Positions 46,182 to 59,526 are shown, counted from the first letter of the stretch. The stretch: DNA of 64,000 bases from Eledone cirrhosa (GCA_964016885.1 OZ024751.1:32550001-32614000); one strand, 5' to 3'. The notes: a model not told the origin generated them from the letters alone. Translations and numbers: made by a program.

Positions 46182-46290
46182 AATAAATATATATATATAT
46201 ATAAATAAATATATATATATATATAAATAAATATATATATATATAAATAAATATATATATATATATATAAATAAATATATATATATATAA

Positions 46291-46458
<168 letters not shown>

Positions 46459-46747
46459 GCAATTCTCTTCGAAAACAAACATGCCAATGTTTGCTAGTAC
46501 CGAGGATCTAGGTATGTATTTCACCGTGTATAGGTTTTCAACATTGCTTTCTAGTAACCCTAACGCCATTACCACTTACACCGTCACCGCCACCACCACC
46601 ACCGCTAACAACGCCCACACCCACTACCACCACTAACACCACCAACACCATTATCATGAGCATGAAAAAACCATCCAAACCGTCAACAACATCAACTTTA
46701 CCAACACCATGTACACCAACAACAACACCATCAGCATCATCATCACC

Positions 46748-46918
46748 CAGGTCCTTCGAGTGGGCGCGGGGAGTCAAGCTGGTATTTTGTTCCAGGGCCC
46801 AAGAGCTAAGAAGGTCCCACAGCAACCATGCACCATCAATTTTGAGAAAAATCTTTGCCTGAATCGGGCCCCAAAGAAGTCTTTGTACCACCTTGAAACA
46901 TTTCTCTTGGAGGCCCTG
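46748..46918. mobile_element. hAT-type MITE, diverged
   Basis: TIR-like caggtccttcgag / cttggaggccctg; imperfect 8-bp flanks tcatcacc / gcatcccc. Confidence 0.5.
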
Positions 46919-46929
46919 GCATCCCCAAC

Positions 46930-48275
46930 ATCTACACATCACCACCACCACCACTATCACCACCACCATATACACCACTACCATCTACACCATCAGCAAC
47001 ACCACCACCGATATCATCTACACCACTAACACTACTATCACCACCACTAACACCACCATCACCACCACCATGTACACCACCACCAACACCACCATCAGCC
47101 ACACCACCACAAACACCACTATCACCAGCACCACCAGCACCACCACCACCATCTACACCACTAACACCACTATCACCACCAACACCACCATGTACACCAC
47201 CACCACCAACACCACCATCTACACCACTAACACCACTATCACCACCACCACCAACACCATCATCAGTAAAAGCACCGCCACCACCATCTACACGATTAAC
47301 ACCACTATCACCACCACCAACACCATATACACCACCACCTACACCACCATCAGTAGCAGCACCACCATCTACACGATTAACATCACCATCACCACCACCA
47401 CCATCATGTACACCACCACCAACACCACTATCACCACCACCACCATATACACCACCACCAACACCACTATCACCACCACCACCATGTACACCCCACCCAC
47501 ACCACCATCAGCACCACCACCACCGCCACCATCTACACCACCACCACCGCCACCATCTACACCACCACCACCATCTACACCACCACCACCACCACCATCT
47601 ACACCACCACCACCACCATCATCACCACCACCACCACCATCACCACCACCATCTACACCACCACCAACACCACCATCTACACCACCACAACCACCACCAT
47701 CTACACCACCACCACCACCACCACCACCATCATCACCACCAACACCACCATCACCACCATCATCACCACCATCATCACCACCATCTACACCACCACTACC
47801 ATCTACACCACCACCACCACCATCTACACCACCACCACCACCACCATCTACACCACCACCACCACCACCACCATCTATACCACCACCAACACCACTATTT
47901 ACACCACCACTAACACCACCCCCATATACACCACCACCACCACCATCTACACCACCACCACCATCTACACCACCACCATCACCACCACCATCACCACCAC
48001 CATCACCACCACCACCACCACCACCTCCACCATCACCACCACCACCATCTACACCACCACCACCACCACCATCTACACCACCACCACCACCACCATAACC
48101 ACCACCACCACCATAACCACCACCACCACCATCTACACCACCACCATCACCACCACCATCACCACCACCACCACCTCCACCATCACCACCACCACCATCT
48201 ACACCACCACCACCACCATAACCACCACCACCACCATAACCACCACCACCACCATCTACACCACCATCATCACCA
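46930..48275. repeat. Cryptic (CAC/CAT/TAC) trinucleotide expansion
   Basis: accaccaccatctac-type units. Confidence 0.92.
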
Positions 48276-48666
48276 CTTCGATCACAAAACTAGTGAGGTA
48301 CATGAATGGGAACCACATCAACATTATCGACATCACAACACCACCGAGGACAAATCATAAACAACAACAACAACCACATGTGCGGTATATAATTCAACAA
48401 CAACAACAACAACAACGTCAACTATATCAACAACAACAACATGCACCACATGTGCGGTATAGTTCACCAATAATAACATGATGTACGGTATATGTAAAAC
48501 CAAAAACAAGAATATATATACAGCATTACCAGGCAACAACAACATGTGAGTTGATGTATGTATGTTCCACTGCAACAGCAACAACAACAAGCAGTAGTTT
48601 TGGGTTTTTTTTTTTTTTTGCTTTGCATATACATGCATATATAATATATGTGTATATATGTGTGTG

Positions 48667-48795
<129 letters not shown>

Positions 48796-49686
48796 TTATT
48801 TATATATATATATTCTGCTTCAAAAGCAATATATATATATATATAACACACAAGTTGATGTATTTATATATAATAGAGTGTTAATGTTGACACATTCATT
48901 TCTATACATACATCAATTTTATTTACACCACGCTCTATATTTTATTAACATTTTCATAAATAAGAAGCCAGAGAACTTTCATCACTTTTAAAAAACACAT
49001 ATATTACTAAGTAATAAAAAATATATGGCAGGAAGAAACAGAAAAATCTAATGAAACTTGTGGCCTCTGTTGGCAAATGTTAAATACAAACGTTTTACTA
49101 CGTGAAGTTTGCCAAGATGAAAGCAGAAGCTTTTATAAGAGAGTAAGGATTACTCTATGGTGAAGGATTGTTTTCCGAAACGTCAGCCATCACGAACTAT
49201 TTTATTTCACTTTAGTGAACTGGACATAAGATTTTGTATGGACAATTTATTCTTTCTGTCGTCTTCTTTTATTAGAGACAGGGAGATTTCTTATAGGTGT
49301 TTGATGGCTCCGTCAGAAGATGTAATGTTTTAGACAAGGGCACGAGAATTAAGAACAGAGCGATTCGTTTCTAGTCAAACCCTCATCAGCTTCTTCAAAT
49401 AGCACTTTATAAGAAGAGTGAACCTCTCGATGGGGTGGATAGGCATTTTCAGGGTCCCTCACACCGGTGAGAAGAAATGAATAAATTATCGTCAAACTGG
49501 AGAGCCAGCCCAACAGAGTGAACTGTACTGAAGGAATCTAAGGATCAGTTCATCTATCAATTGACTTATCATTACGCAAGGATTGTGATAAATTTGTCAA
49601 CCAACTAATTTTACAATCCCAAAACACAATATGTAAAGAGCCGAAACGAATACCGATAACAATACACCAATTAATCAATGAATTAA

Positions 49687-49729
<43 letters not shown>

Positions 49730-49744
49730 TTTTCTATACCTTTC

Positions 49745-49794
<50 letters not shown>

Positions 49795-49858
49795 TTCTTC
49801 CTCACTTTCTGTTGCTTCACCATTTTGTTTGTTTACCCTCGCGTCCCCTTTATTTACG

Positions 49859-49962
49859 TGTCCCAACGACTTTTTTTAGCCGTTGCTCGCACCAACCGGA
49901 GGTATATGGTCTTTAAAGCGATGAAATGCCTATGATAGTTGGAAGATCACTGATGAAGGACA
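49859..49962 (+). ncRNA. Candidate strand-permuted hammerhead ribozyme (G2 copy 1)
   Basis: UGUCC-CAACGACU/AGCCGUUG-C-UCGC-A-CCAACC-GGA-GGUA-UA-UGGUCUU-UAAA-GCGA-U-GAAA-UGCC-UAUGAU-AGUUGG-AAGAUCA-CUGAUGA-A-GGACA. Confidence 0.7.
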
Positions 49963-50473
49963 AACTTTTTTTATATGTAACCCATTTGCAACTCCGCAGC
50001 GCCCTTATTATCATATTTACACATATTTTTTTCCTCTGCTGCTACACCGTCTTTTTCGTTCTATGTATCTTTACCCTTTCTAGCAGTCTCTCTCTCTGTT
50101 AGCCTCTTCCTCACCCTTCACTCACTCATTCTCTGTCACTACCTCTCCTCCTCCTCTTTCTTCCCGTTTGACCTGTGAGTAATTCTTTTCTCTCACATTC
50201 TCGGCCAAGCTGGTCGGAATTTTTTCTCTCTCGTCTACGATTTCACAGAACTTATGTTTACCGAATTCGCAGACCAGACCCCTTCTTCCTCCCGTTAGAC
50301 CTGTGCGAAATTCCTTCCTTGCTCACATTTCAACCAGGTTTGATGGTCTTTATTCTCTCGTTCACGATTTCACCGAACTTAAATTCATAGAAATCTGGGA
50401 CTTGTTTCCTTCTTCCTCATTTTCTGTTGCTTCACCATTTTGTTTGTTTACCCTCGCGTGCCCTTTATTTACG

Positions 50474-50576
50474 TGTCCCAACGACTTTTTTTAACCGTTG
50501 CTCGCACCAACCGGAGGTATATGGTCTTTAAAGCGATGAAATGATATGATAGTTGGAAGATCACTGATGAAGGACA
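50474..50576 (+). ncRNA. Candidate strand-permuted hammerhead (G2 copy 2, stem III damaged)
   Basis: Tandem copy; UGCC after GAAA changed to UGA. Confidence 0.55.
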
Positions 50577-50623
50577 AACCTTTTTCATATGTAACCCATT
50601 TGCAACTCCGCAGCGCCCTTATT

Positions 50624-50734
<111 letters not shown>

Positions 50735-51012
50735 ATTCATTGATTAATTGGTGTATTGTTATATCTATCTATCTGTCTGACCGGTAGACGGTCAGACAGA
50801 TAGATAGATAGATAGATAAGTGTGATGAATTAGACTGACATTAAAGCAAAATTCCATCAGGGCAAACGTTACATGAATCATAGTGTGCTCAAGAGAATAT
50901 TTAAACCAAAATAACACGAGATTTGAGATGCGCCTGTGATATGAAATAAATATGTAGATAGATTAAACATAGAATATAATACACACACAGTCACTCACAC
51001 ACACACACACAC

Positions 51013-51070
<58 letters not shown>

Positions 51071-51092
51071 AGAGAGAGAGAGATGTATGTGC

Positions 51093-51142
<50 letters not shown>

Positions 51143-51146
<4 letters not shown>

Positions 51147-51532
51147 ATAAACGTGCTGCGTGGTTGCAAATGGGTTCGCCTTTTTTCTCTCTCTCGTCTA
51201 TGATTTCACAGAACTTATGTTCATCGAATTCACAGACTAGATTCCTTCTTCCTCCCGTTAGACCTGTACGGAATTCCTTCCTTGCTCACATTCCAACCAG
51301 ATTTGATGGTCTTTATTCTCTCTCGTTCAAGATTTCACCGAACTTGTATTCATGGAAATTTGGGACTTGACTCGTTCTTCCTCACTTTTCGTTGCTTCAC
51401 CATCTTTGTTTGTTTACACTCTCGTGTCCCCTTTATTTACGTGTCCCAAAGACTCTTTTTAGCCGTTGCTCGCACCAACCGGAGGTATATGGTCTTTAAA
51501 GCGATGAAATACCAATGATGGTTGGAAGATCA
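51143..51532. mobile_element. Family G fold-back-type insertion (minus 3' end 51143-51176 plus arm ending just before CUGAUGA)
   Basis: gctgcgtggttgcaaatgggtt is the reverse complement of the G 3' end; plus arm matches 50221-50563. Confidence 0.8.
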
Positions 51533-51547
51533 TATATATATATAAAA

Positions 51548-52049
<502 letters not shown>

Positions 52050-52519
52050 CATATGCGTGTGTGTACATGGATGTATGCATGTATACAAGTATATATGCCT
52101 GTCGGTCTGTATATATATATATATATGTATGTATATAAATTAGCGAAGTAAAATTCCTGCACAATTAGATTATTATACAGACAATCTGTTGTGTAAAACA
52201 TCTCTAATATATTAGCAGGAACGATATCGGGATGAAATGTGTCGAATGTCTAAACATGAAATATAAAATATCGGTCGGCCAAGAACAATCGAAAGATATT
52301 CAAGTGAAGACGAAATTCTTTGCAAGCTTTTCCTTCCCTTTTCCCGCTCCTCTTATACAGATAATTACATGAGATATAACGATATTTACCTGGTCCATCA
52401 AAGGGAAGCGAGGAAGATAAGCGCTCATATTATGTTAGATGAGATGAGAGGTGCGCGTTAGACATGCCATGAATGTGGCTCGTATCAAACATTTTTCTTT
52501 TATTTGTTTGTCGCTGTTA

Positions 52520-53020
52520 GTGTTGTTGTTTTTATTGGTTCTGCTGTTGTTTTACTATTGTTGTTGTTACTATTGTTGCTGTTGTTGTTATTGTTGCTGC
52601 TGTTGTTACTATTGTTGCTGCTGTTGTTGTTGTTGTTGTTGCTATTATTGTTGCTGTTGTTGTTACTATTGTTGCTGCTGTTGTTATTATTGTTGCTGCT
52701 TTTGTTGTTGTTGCTATTATTGTTGCTGTTGTTATTACTATTGTTGCTGCTGTTGTTATTATTGTTGCTGCTGTTGTTGTTGTTGCTGCTATTATTGTTG
52801 CTATTGTTGTTGTTATTATTGTTGCTGTTGTTGTTGTTATTGTTGCTGCTATTGTTGCTATTATTGTTGTTGTTGTTGTTATTATTGTTGCTGTTGTTGT
52901 TGTTACTATTGTTGTTGCTGTAGTTATTATTGGTGCTGCTGTTGTTGCTATTATTGTTGCTGTTGTTGTTATTATTGTTGCTGCTGCTGCTGTTGATATT
53001 ATTGCTGCTGTTGTTGTTGT
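52520..53020. repeat. (TGT/TGC/TAT)n trinucleotide array
   Basis: Direct reading. Confidence 0.92.
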
Positions 53021-54770
53021 TTTAGATAAGAGGCGTATTAGATATTATAAAGAAACATCAAACGAGTAAACCCCGTTACTAATCAGTATGACTGATGATG
53101 TGATAGTTGTTGCAGTCGTTGTCATCGTTCTCGTAATCCATCAGTAATTGTCAACATCCCCATCTTCATCATCATCATCATCATCATTATTATCATCATC
53201 ATCATCATCATCAATCATCATCATTATCATTTTGATCATCATCTACACCACCATCATCATCAACAACAACAACAACAACTTAATCACCAACGTCGTCGTT
53301 TTCACCATCCTTTTGTCGATGACAGCATGAAAAGCTTCACCCATATCACTTTCATCACCAAAATTCCCACCACCGCCACCGCCGCCACCACCACCACCAC
53401 CACCACATCAGCAGCACCAACACCAACAGCAGTAACATCACCAACACCGGTAGCAGCACCACCACCATTACTACTTTCGCCACCGCCGCTCAGTACATTA
53501 ACAAAATTGTTTGTACTCAGAAATGTTTGTTTTCAGAATATACAACTCAATATACTACAAAGACTATATTTATCACAACTATCAAGATTGTAGAGATTTC
53601 TTCAACTAAAACCTACTATTAAATATCTAAATACTAGGTATCTAATGTCGAACTAAATACATATCTAGAAATGAAAATCGGAAAAACTAATATTAAATAG
53701 TTATAAAACACGAACAATTTCTTTTAATGGCTGACATGAAAGACTTGTGAGAGGGTAGAGAATATAATAAGAATTGTGAACAGTTTAAAACTTAAGCTAA
53801 ACATTATCCAACGGCAAGACATGCTTCAGTGATGTCAAAATTGTTCCCTATATCATCAAAACCATTAAAAACTGAAGTGTTGAATTTGGTAAATGGCAGC
53901 ATTTACATAAACACACACACACATATAACATATACTACACATATATACACACACACGCTTACACAAGAACATATACACATATACAGACATAACACATATC
54001 ATACATACGCACAGATACACATGTATGTGATTATATCGCAGTAGAAGTCATGCTTTGAAAGACATGCTTAAGAAAATGTTATCATTGACGGTATAAGCTA
54101 CGTTTCGGCCATCTTACAAGACGGTAGTTGACAGGATAAGTAGAGTGAGAGCAGAATTGGTAGAGCAACAAGCAAATAGTTATGTGTTGTACATAGTCAA
54201 GTAAGCTATATAATATGAATTCAAATCTTCAAATAAACGTAAGCTTTGGTTGATAATGAATAGAAAAAGAATTATGCAAACGCATTCCTGCTCACACACA
54301 CACACACACACATACACATACACACACAAACACACATACACACACACACACACACACATACTCACTCACACGCAAACAGAGACAAACAAACATGCCAATA
54401 CACATATATCAAGCTATGTTAAAGTGGACGACTTGCCTTTCATTAAACCGTTTATGCGATGAGGTTGAGAAAGCAGCGTAAGTCTGAAATAAAAATTTAC
54501 AGAATTTCAGAAGACAATACAAAGGCAGGCGTTCTTGAAGAGAGACAGAGAATACCGTAAATCATATCAATAGCACAAGTAACGCACGCACACCTAGACA
54601 AATATGCGATGTAGGTGACATATACTTTAAACACAGTGATGATTTACTGGTGCGTGTAGTGGAGGTTAGTCAGATGATCGTCGTTTACTGCTAGCGTAAA
54701 CCTCTTCAAATGAAGTTGATGTTTATTACGGTATGTCGAATATATTTATCTATAAAACTGTTTATATTGT

Positions 54771-54834
54771 ATTTTGTCTGATGAAGGCATAGCATATTGT
54801 TAATATGATATCCCCGAAATATATATAATGAAAT
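54771..54834 (+). ncRNA. Type I hammerhead ribozyme, partly decayed
   Basis: AUUUUGU-CUGAUGA-AGG CAUAG CAUAUU GUU AAUAUG AUAUC CCC-GAAA-UAUAUA-UA-AUGAAAU. Confidence 0.65.
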
Positions 54835-54963
54835 AAATATGGTTTTATAAATATAGTTTTCCATTTATTTAATATTGTAAATATACTCCAAATATTTGTC
54901 GAGTGCTTTTATATCAGTTATAAATATTTACTAGTTGTAACCCAACAATTTTAAATATAACTT

Positions 54964-55023
<60 letters not shown>

Positions 55024-55150
55024 TGTATGTATATACATACATACATATATATCTATGCATGTATGTATATACATACATACATATATATATATATGTATGC
55101 ATGTATGTATATACATACATACATATATATATATGTATGCATGTATGTAT

Positions 55151-55230
<80 letters not shown>

Positions 55231-55364
55231 ATACATACATGCATACATATATATATATGTATGTATATACATACATGCATACATATATATATGTATGTAT
55301 GTATATACATACATGCATACATATATATGTATGTATGTATATACATACATGCATATATATATAT

Positions 55365-55427
55365 ATACATACATATATATTAAACGATATATGAGGATGT
55401 CTCAATTAAGAAACCAACACGCATTTA

Positions 55428-55483
<56 letters not shown>

Positions 55484-55539
55484 TAAATGCGTGTTGGTTT
55501 CTTAATTGAGACATCCTCGTATAACGTTTAATATATATG

Positions 55540-55547
<8 letters not shown>
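55365..55547. repeat. Inverted repeat (about 70-bp arms) around a (TA)n spacer
   Basis: ttaaacgatatatgaggatgtctcaattaagaaaccaacacgcatttagtatatgtgtg and its reverse complement. Confidence 0.85.
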
Positions 55548-55587
<40 letters not shown>

Positions 55588-55593
<6 letters not shown>

Positions 55594-56326
55594 TAACAGA
55601 TTAAAGTTTAAGCAAAAGATCGCTGCTTTCACCCTTAACGGGATCTTCTGAAACTAACAAAGTCAATCTGTGAACGCAGAAGTGAATATTTCAAAAAACG
55701 TTGCAACCGGAGGAAGACAGGAAGACGATACTTTGGTTCGTCGAAACGTTCCCTATGCAAATAAGTAATGGTATAAACATAACATATACTTACCTACCAC
55801 ATCAAGACGTAAAATATCCGCGTATAGATCGTACTATCCGTTAGGGTATAATGTGGGGCTGTAATACAGGAAAGTTTTGTGCAATTTATGTTTACAAGCC
55901 GAAATCTGAGGCAATTTCGGCTTGTAAACATAAATTGCACAAAACTTTCCTGTATTACAGCCCCACATTATACCCTAACGGATAGTACGATCTATACGCG
56001 ATTATTTTACGTCTTGATGTGGTAGCTAAGTATGTTTTATGTTTATACCATTCCTTATTTGCATAGGGAACGTTTCGACGAACCAAAGTCTCGTCTTCCT
56101 GTCTTCCTCCGGTTGCAACGTTTTTTGAAATATTCACTTCTGCGTTCACAGATTGACTTTGTTAGTTTCAGAAGATCCCGTTAAGGGTGAAAGCAGCAAT
56201 TTTTTTGCTTAAACTTTAATCTGTTATTTTAATAAATATTTGCTCTACGGTTCTTATATATTTGATATATATTTATCCTTATCGAGCCCTCTTTGGATTT
56301 TAGTCTTCAAATTTATTATTATTACT
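55588..56326. mobile_element. Family A long fold-back (about 318-bp arms, 8-bp spacer 55906-55913, tail of about 95 bp)
   Basis: Arms 55588-55905 and 55914-56231 are reverse complements with few mismatches; HHR-like motifs at 55605-55655 (-) and 56164-56215 (+). Confidence 0.9.
56164..56215 (+). ncRNA. Variant type I hammerhead (core CAGAAGA, U4A)
   Basis: AGUUU-CAGAAGA-U CCC GUUAA GGG U-GAAA-GCA...UGC-UU-AAACU; stem I extends via CAGAUUGA/UUAAUCUG. Confidence 0.65.
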
Positions 56327-56382
56327 ATATATATATATATATATATTTTTTTTTCTACCCGCCGAAATGCGATTCTCGCTGA

Positions 56383-56434
<52 letters not shown>

Positions 56435-56437
<3 letters not shown>

Positions 56438-56563
56438 ATATAAGCTATCGCCGTATTTTGACTAAAGAAATTAAAGAAATTATTTAGCCTGATAGTGGAG
56501 TTAAGAACCCTCGGAGAAATGGAAAAAGATGAGTATTGGCGTACATGTACGTCAATACTCATC
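56435..56563 (-). mobile_element. Family I element with terminal 36-bp palindrome
   Basis: Homologous to 23088-23180; palindrome gatgagtattggcgtacatgtacgtcaatactcatc. Confidence 0.7.
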
Positions 56564-57041
56564 AGTGTATGTTTGCGTGTATATATATATGTCTGTATCT
56601 GTGTGTGTGTGTATATGTGTCTGTGTATGTGTGTGTATGTGTATGTGTGTGTGCGGTTGTGTGTATGTGTGTGTGTGTGTATGTGTGTGTGTGTGTATGT
56701 GTGTGCGTGTATATGCGTATGTGTATATATGTGTCTGTATATGTGTGTATGTGTGTATGTGCGTATGTGTGTGTGTCTGTGTATGTGTGTGTATCTGTGT
56801 GTCTGTATATGTGTATATGTGTGTATGTGTGCATGCGCGTATGTGTCTGTGTTTGTGTGTGTGTCTGTGTCTGTGTGTGTGTGTGTGTCTGTGTCTGTGT
56901 GTCTGCGTATGTGTATGTGTGTCTGTGTGTGTGTCTGTATGTGTGTGTGTGCCTGTGTGTGTGCGTATGTGTCTGTGTGTGTGTGTGTGTGTATGTGTGT
57001 ATGGGTGTGTGTGTCTATGTGTGTGTGTGGAATGTGTGTGT

Positions 57042-57082
<41 letters not shown>

Positions 57083-57317
57083 TGTGTGTGTGTGTCTGTG
57101 TGCGTGTGTGTGTGTGTGTACACACGTGTACAGTTGGAACAATACCAAGATCCTCAATTGCTAAACGTTGTTTGAGGGGCCAGTTATTTTATGAATGGAA
57201 TCTCTATCTTCAACTACTTACACCGATTATATCGCCACTTAAATTTACTCCACTTCACACCTTACCCCTAACTGCCAGATTCTTCGGATTTAATAGCCTT
57301 CTTGTTCTTATTATGAC

Positions 57318-58005
57318 CATCATCATCATCGTCATTATCATTATCACCATCAACATAGTCATCATCGTCGTCATAATAATCGTCATCATTATCATCATCA
57401 TCAATATAGTCATCCTCATCGTCATCATCATCATCGTCATCTTGATGATAATCGCCATCATCATCATCATCATAATAATCGTCATCATCATCGTCATCAT
57501 AATCGTCATCATCATCATCATCAATATCGTCATCATCATCATCATCATCATCATCATCAATATCGTCATCACCATCAACATCGCCATGATCAACGTCATC
57601 ATCATCATCATCATTATCGTCATCATCATCGTCATCATAATAGTCATCATCATCATCATCATCAATATCGTCGCCATCAGCGTCATCATCATCATTCATC
57701 GTCGTCATCCACATCCTCATTATTATTTCATCATCATCATTATCACCAATATCGTCATCATCACCATCATCATCATCATCATTATTACTTCATCATCATC
57801 ATCATTACCATTATCATCATCAACATCATCATCACCATCATCACCATCATCATCATCATCATTATTACTTCATCATCATCATCATTACCATTATCATCAT
57901 CAACAACATCATCATCACCATCATCACCATCATCATCATCATCATCATCAACAACATCATCATCATCATCATCAACAACATCATCATCATCATCATCATC
58001 ATCAT
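57318..58005. repeat. (CAT)n degenerate trinucleotide array
   Basis: Direct reading. Confidence 0.92.
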
Positions 58006-58380
58006 TATCGGTGGAATGGCAGAGTCGTTAGAACGTCAGACAAATGCAGAGAAGAAAGCTCTAACGGCCGGACCAATTGTAAGGCAAACCAGAATGTACG
58101 AACTGTTTTAAAAACTCAGAGATAACATACCAATAAAAACTGCAACAATCCTGTACCAACCGAACATAACTGACAATTCTATGGTAGAGAGAACAAATAT
58201 AATGTTCAGATGTTCAACGAATGTGAAGGTTTTCCTCTAAAGTTGAAGAAAACTAAAATATTTCTATATTAGATCTATGGTAAGCTAATATAGAAATTAT
58301 GGCTCGTGTTTCCTGGTTATACATCTTCATTTATATCTATTATCATTGCTGCACCGGCTTATGTAACAACTGATTTGTAT

Positions 58381-58565
58381 ATAATTGTTTCTACTTTTGG
58401 CACAAGGCTAGCGATTACTCCAGTACATCACTGGTACTTTATTTTATCGACCCCGTAAGGATGAAAGGCAAAGTTAACCTCGATGGATTTGAACCCAGAA
58501 CACAAAGGGCCATAGCTCTATGCTGCAAAGCATGGTGTCTGACGCTCTGCCGATACTGCCAAACC
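58381..58565 (-). mobile_element. tRNA-derived SINE
   Basis: Homologous to 6102-6285; a partial second copy follows at 58599-58675. Confidence 0.85.
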
Positions 58566-58747
58566 ACATATATAAGGAGTAATGACGCAGATTTGTAAAT
58601 AATTGTTTCTACATTTGGCACAAGGCCAGCAATTATCCCAGTGCATTACTGGTACTTTATTTTATCGACCCCGTAGCTATGTTATCGTACCAATAGCTAT
58701 GTTATCGTATCTTTAATAGTTGCCATCCAATTCATTGTAGTTACTAC

Positions 58748-58947
58748 CAGTGTCAGATTTAGGACAATTGAGGCCCAGTGCTAGTTAAGTTATGAGGCCC
58801 CTTACACGGTAAAAATTCATCATGAAAAAAAATTTTTTTTTTTTGGGGGGGGGGGGGGCAGAAAAATGCTCCCAAACCCCCCACCATCCCTTGCCAACGG
58901 GGCCCTGTGCTTAAGCACATCTAAGCATAATGGTAAATTCGGCAATG
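58748..58947. mobile_element. hAT-type MITE
   Basis: TIRs cagtgtcagattta / taaattcggcaatg with 8-bp target duplication gttactac / gttattac. Confidence 0.75.
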
Positions 58948-59074
58948 GTTATTACAAATTATTGGAAGGGCTTAAGCCTCAAAGGCCCCCTTAGCGCCGG
59001 AAGACTTGTAGTAGCCCTCAAATAAAATATTATTCTATACATACATACGTACGTCTATATACACATACATACAT

Positions 59075-59526
59075 ACATCCGTAGAAAAGATAGCCCCGAT
59101 AATAAACACATTAAAAGCAACAGCAATGTGGAAGACATACATATACATAATATGAAAGAGTACTGGTGGAATGTTCCAGTAAAAACCCCAATAAAATGCA
59201 GACATAACAGACCAGATATTATGATATGGGACAGGGAAAAGAAGGGATTCACAGTAGTGGAAGTTAGCTGTCCAGCAGAAGCCAATATAATATCAAAGAT
59301 TAGCGAAAAGGAGATTATTTATGCAGAACTGATGAGAAATCTGCAGATACTCCACCCTGATTACACCTTCAGATTTATTCCTGTGATTATTGGGGCACTG
59401 AGATATGTTAGTAACTGCCTCAATACAAATCTTGAGAAGCTGGGCTTCACAGGAACAGAAAGAACACAACTAGTTAGGAAATTACAAGTACAATCCATTA
59501 ATGGAACAGCAGACATATCTACCTAG
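59075..59526 (+). pseudogene. 3' fragment of a non-LTR retrotransposon ORF: restriction-like endonuclease (R4/Dong-like)
   Basis: NRPDIMIWD...VVEVSCP...EKEIIY..L...IPVIIGAL matches the RLE PD-(D/E)xK domain; 5'-truncated next to (TACA)n. Confidence 0.85.

Noticed and set aside
49155-49395. Two decayed HHR-like strings (ccgaaacgtcagccat; minus-strand CUGAUGA...GAAACG)
   Set aside because: Cores or stems are incomplete; may be old PLE remnants but cannot be supported
55710-55755. GACGA/UCGUC hairpin followed by GAAACGUU on the antisense strand of family A
   Set aside because: No CUGANGA in register and no convincing stem I
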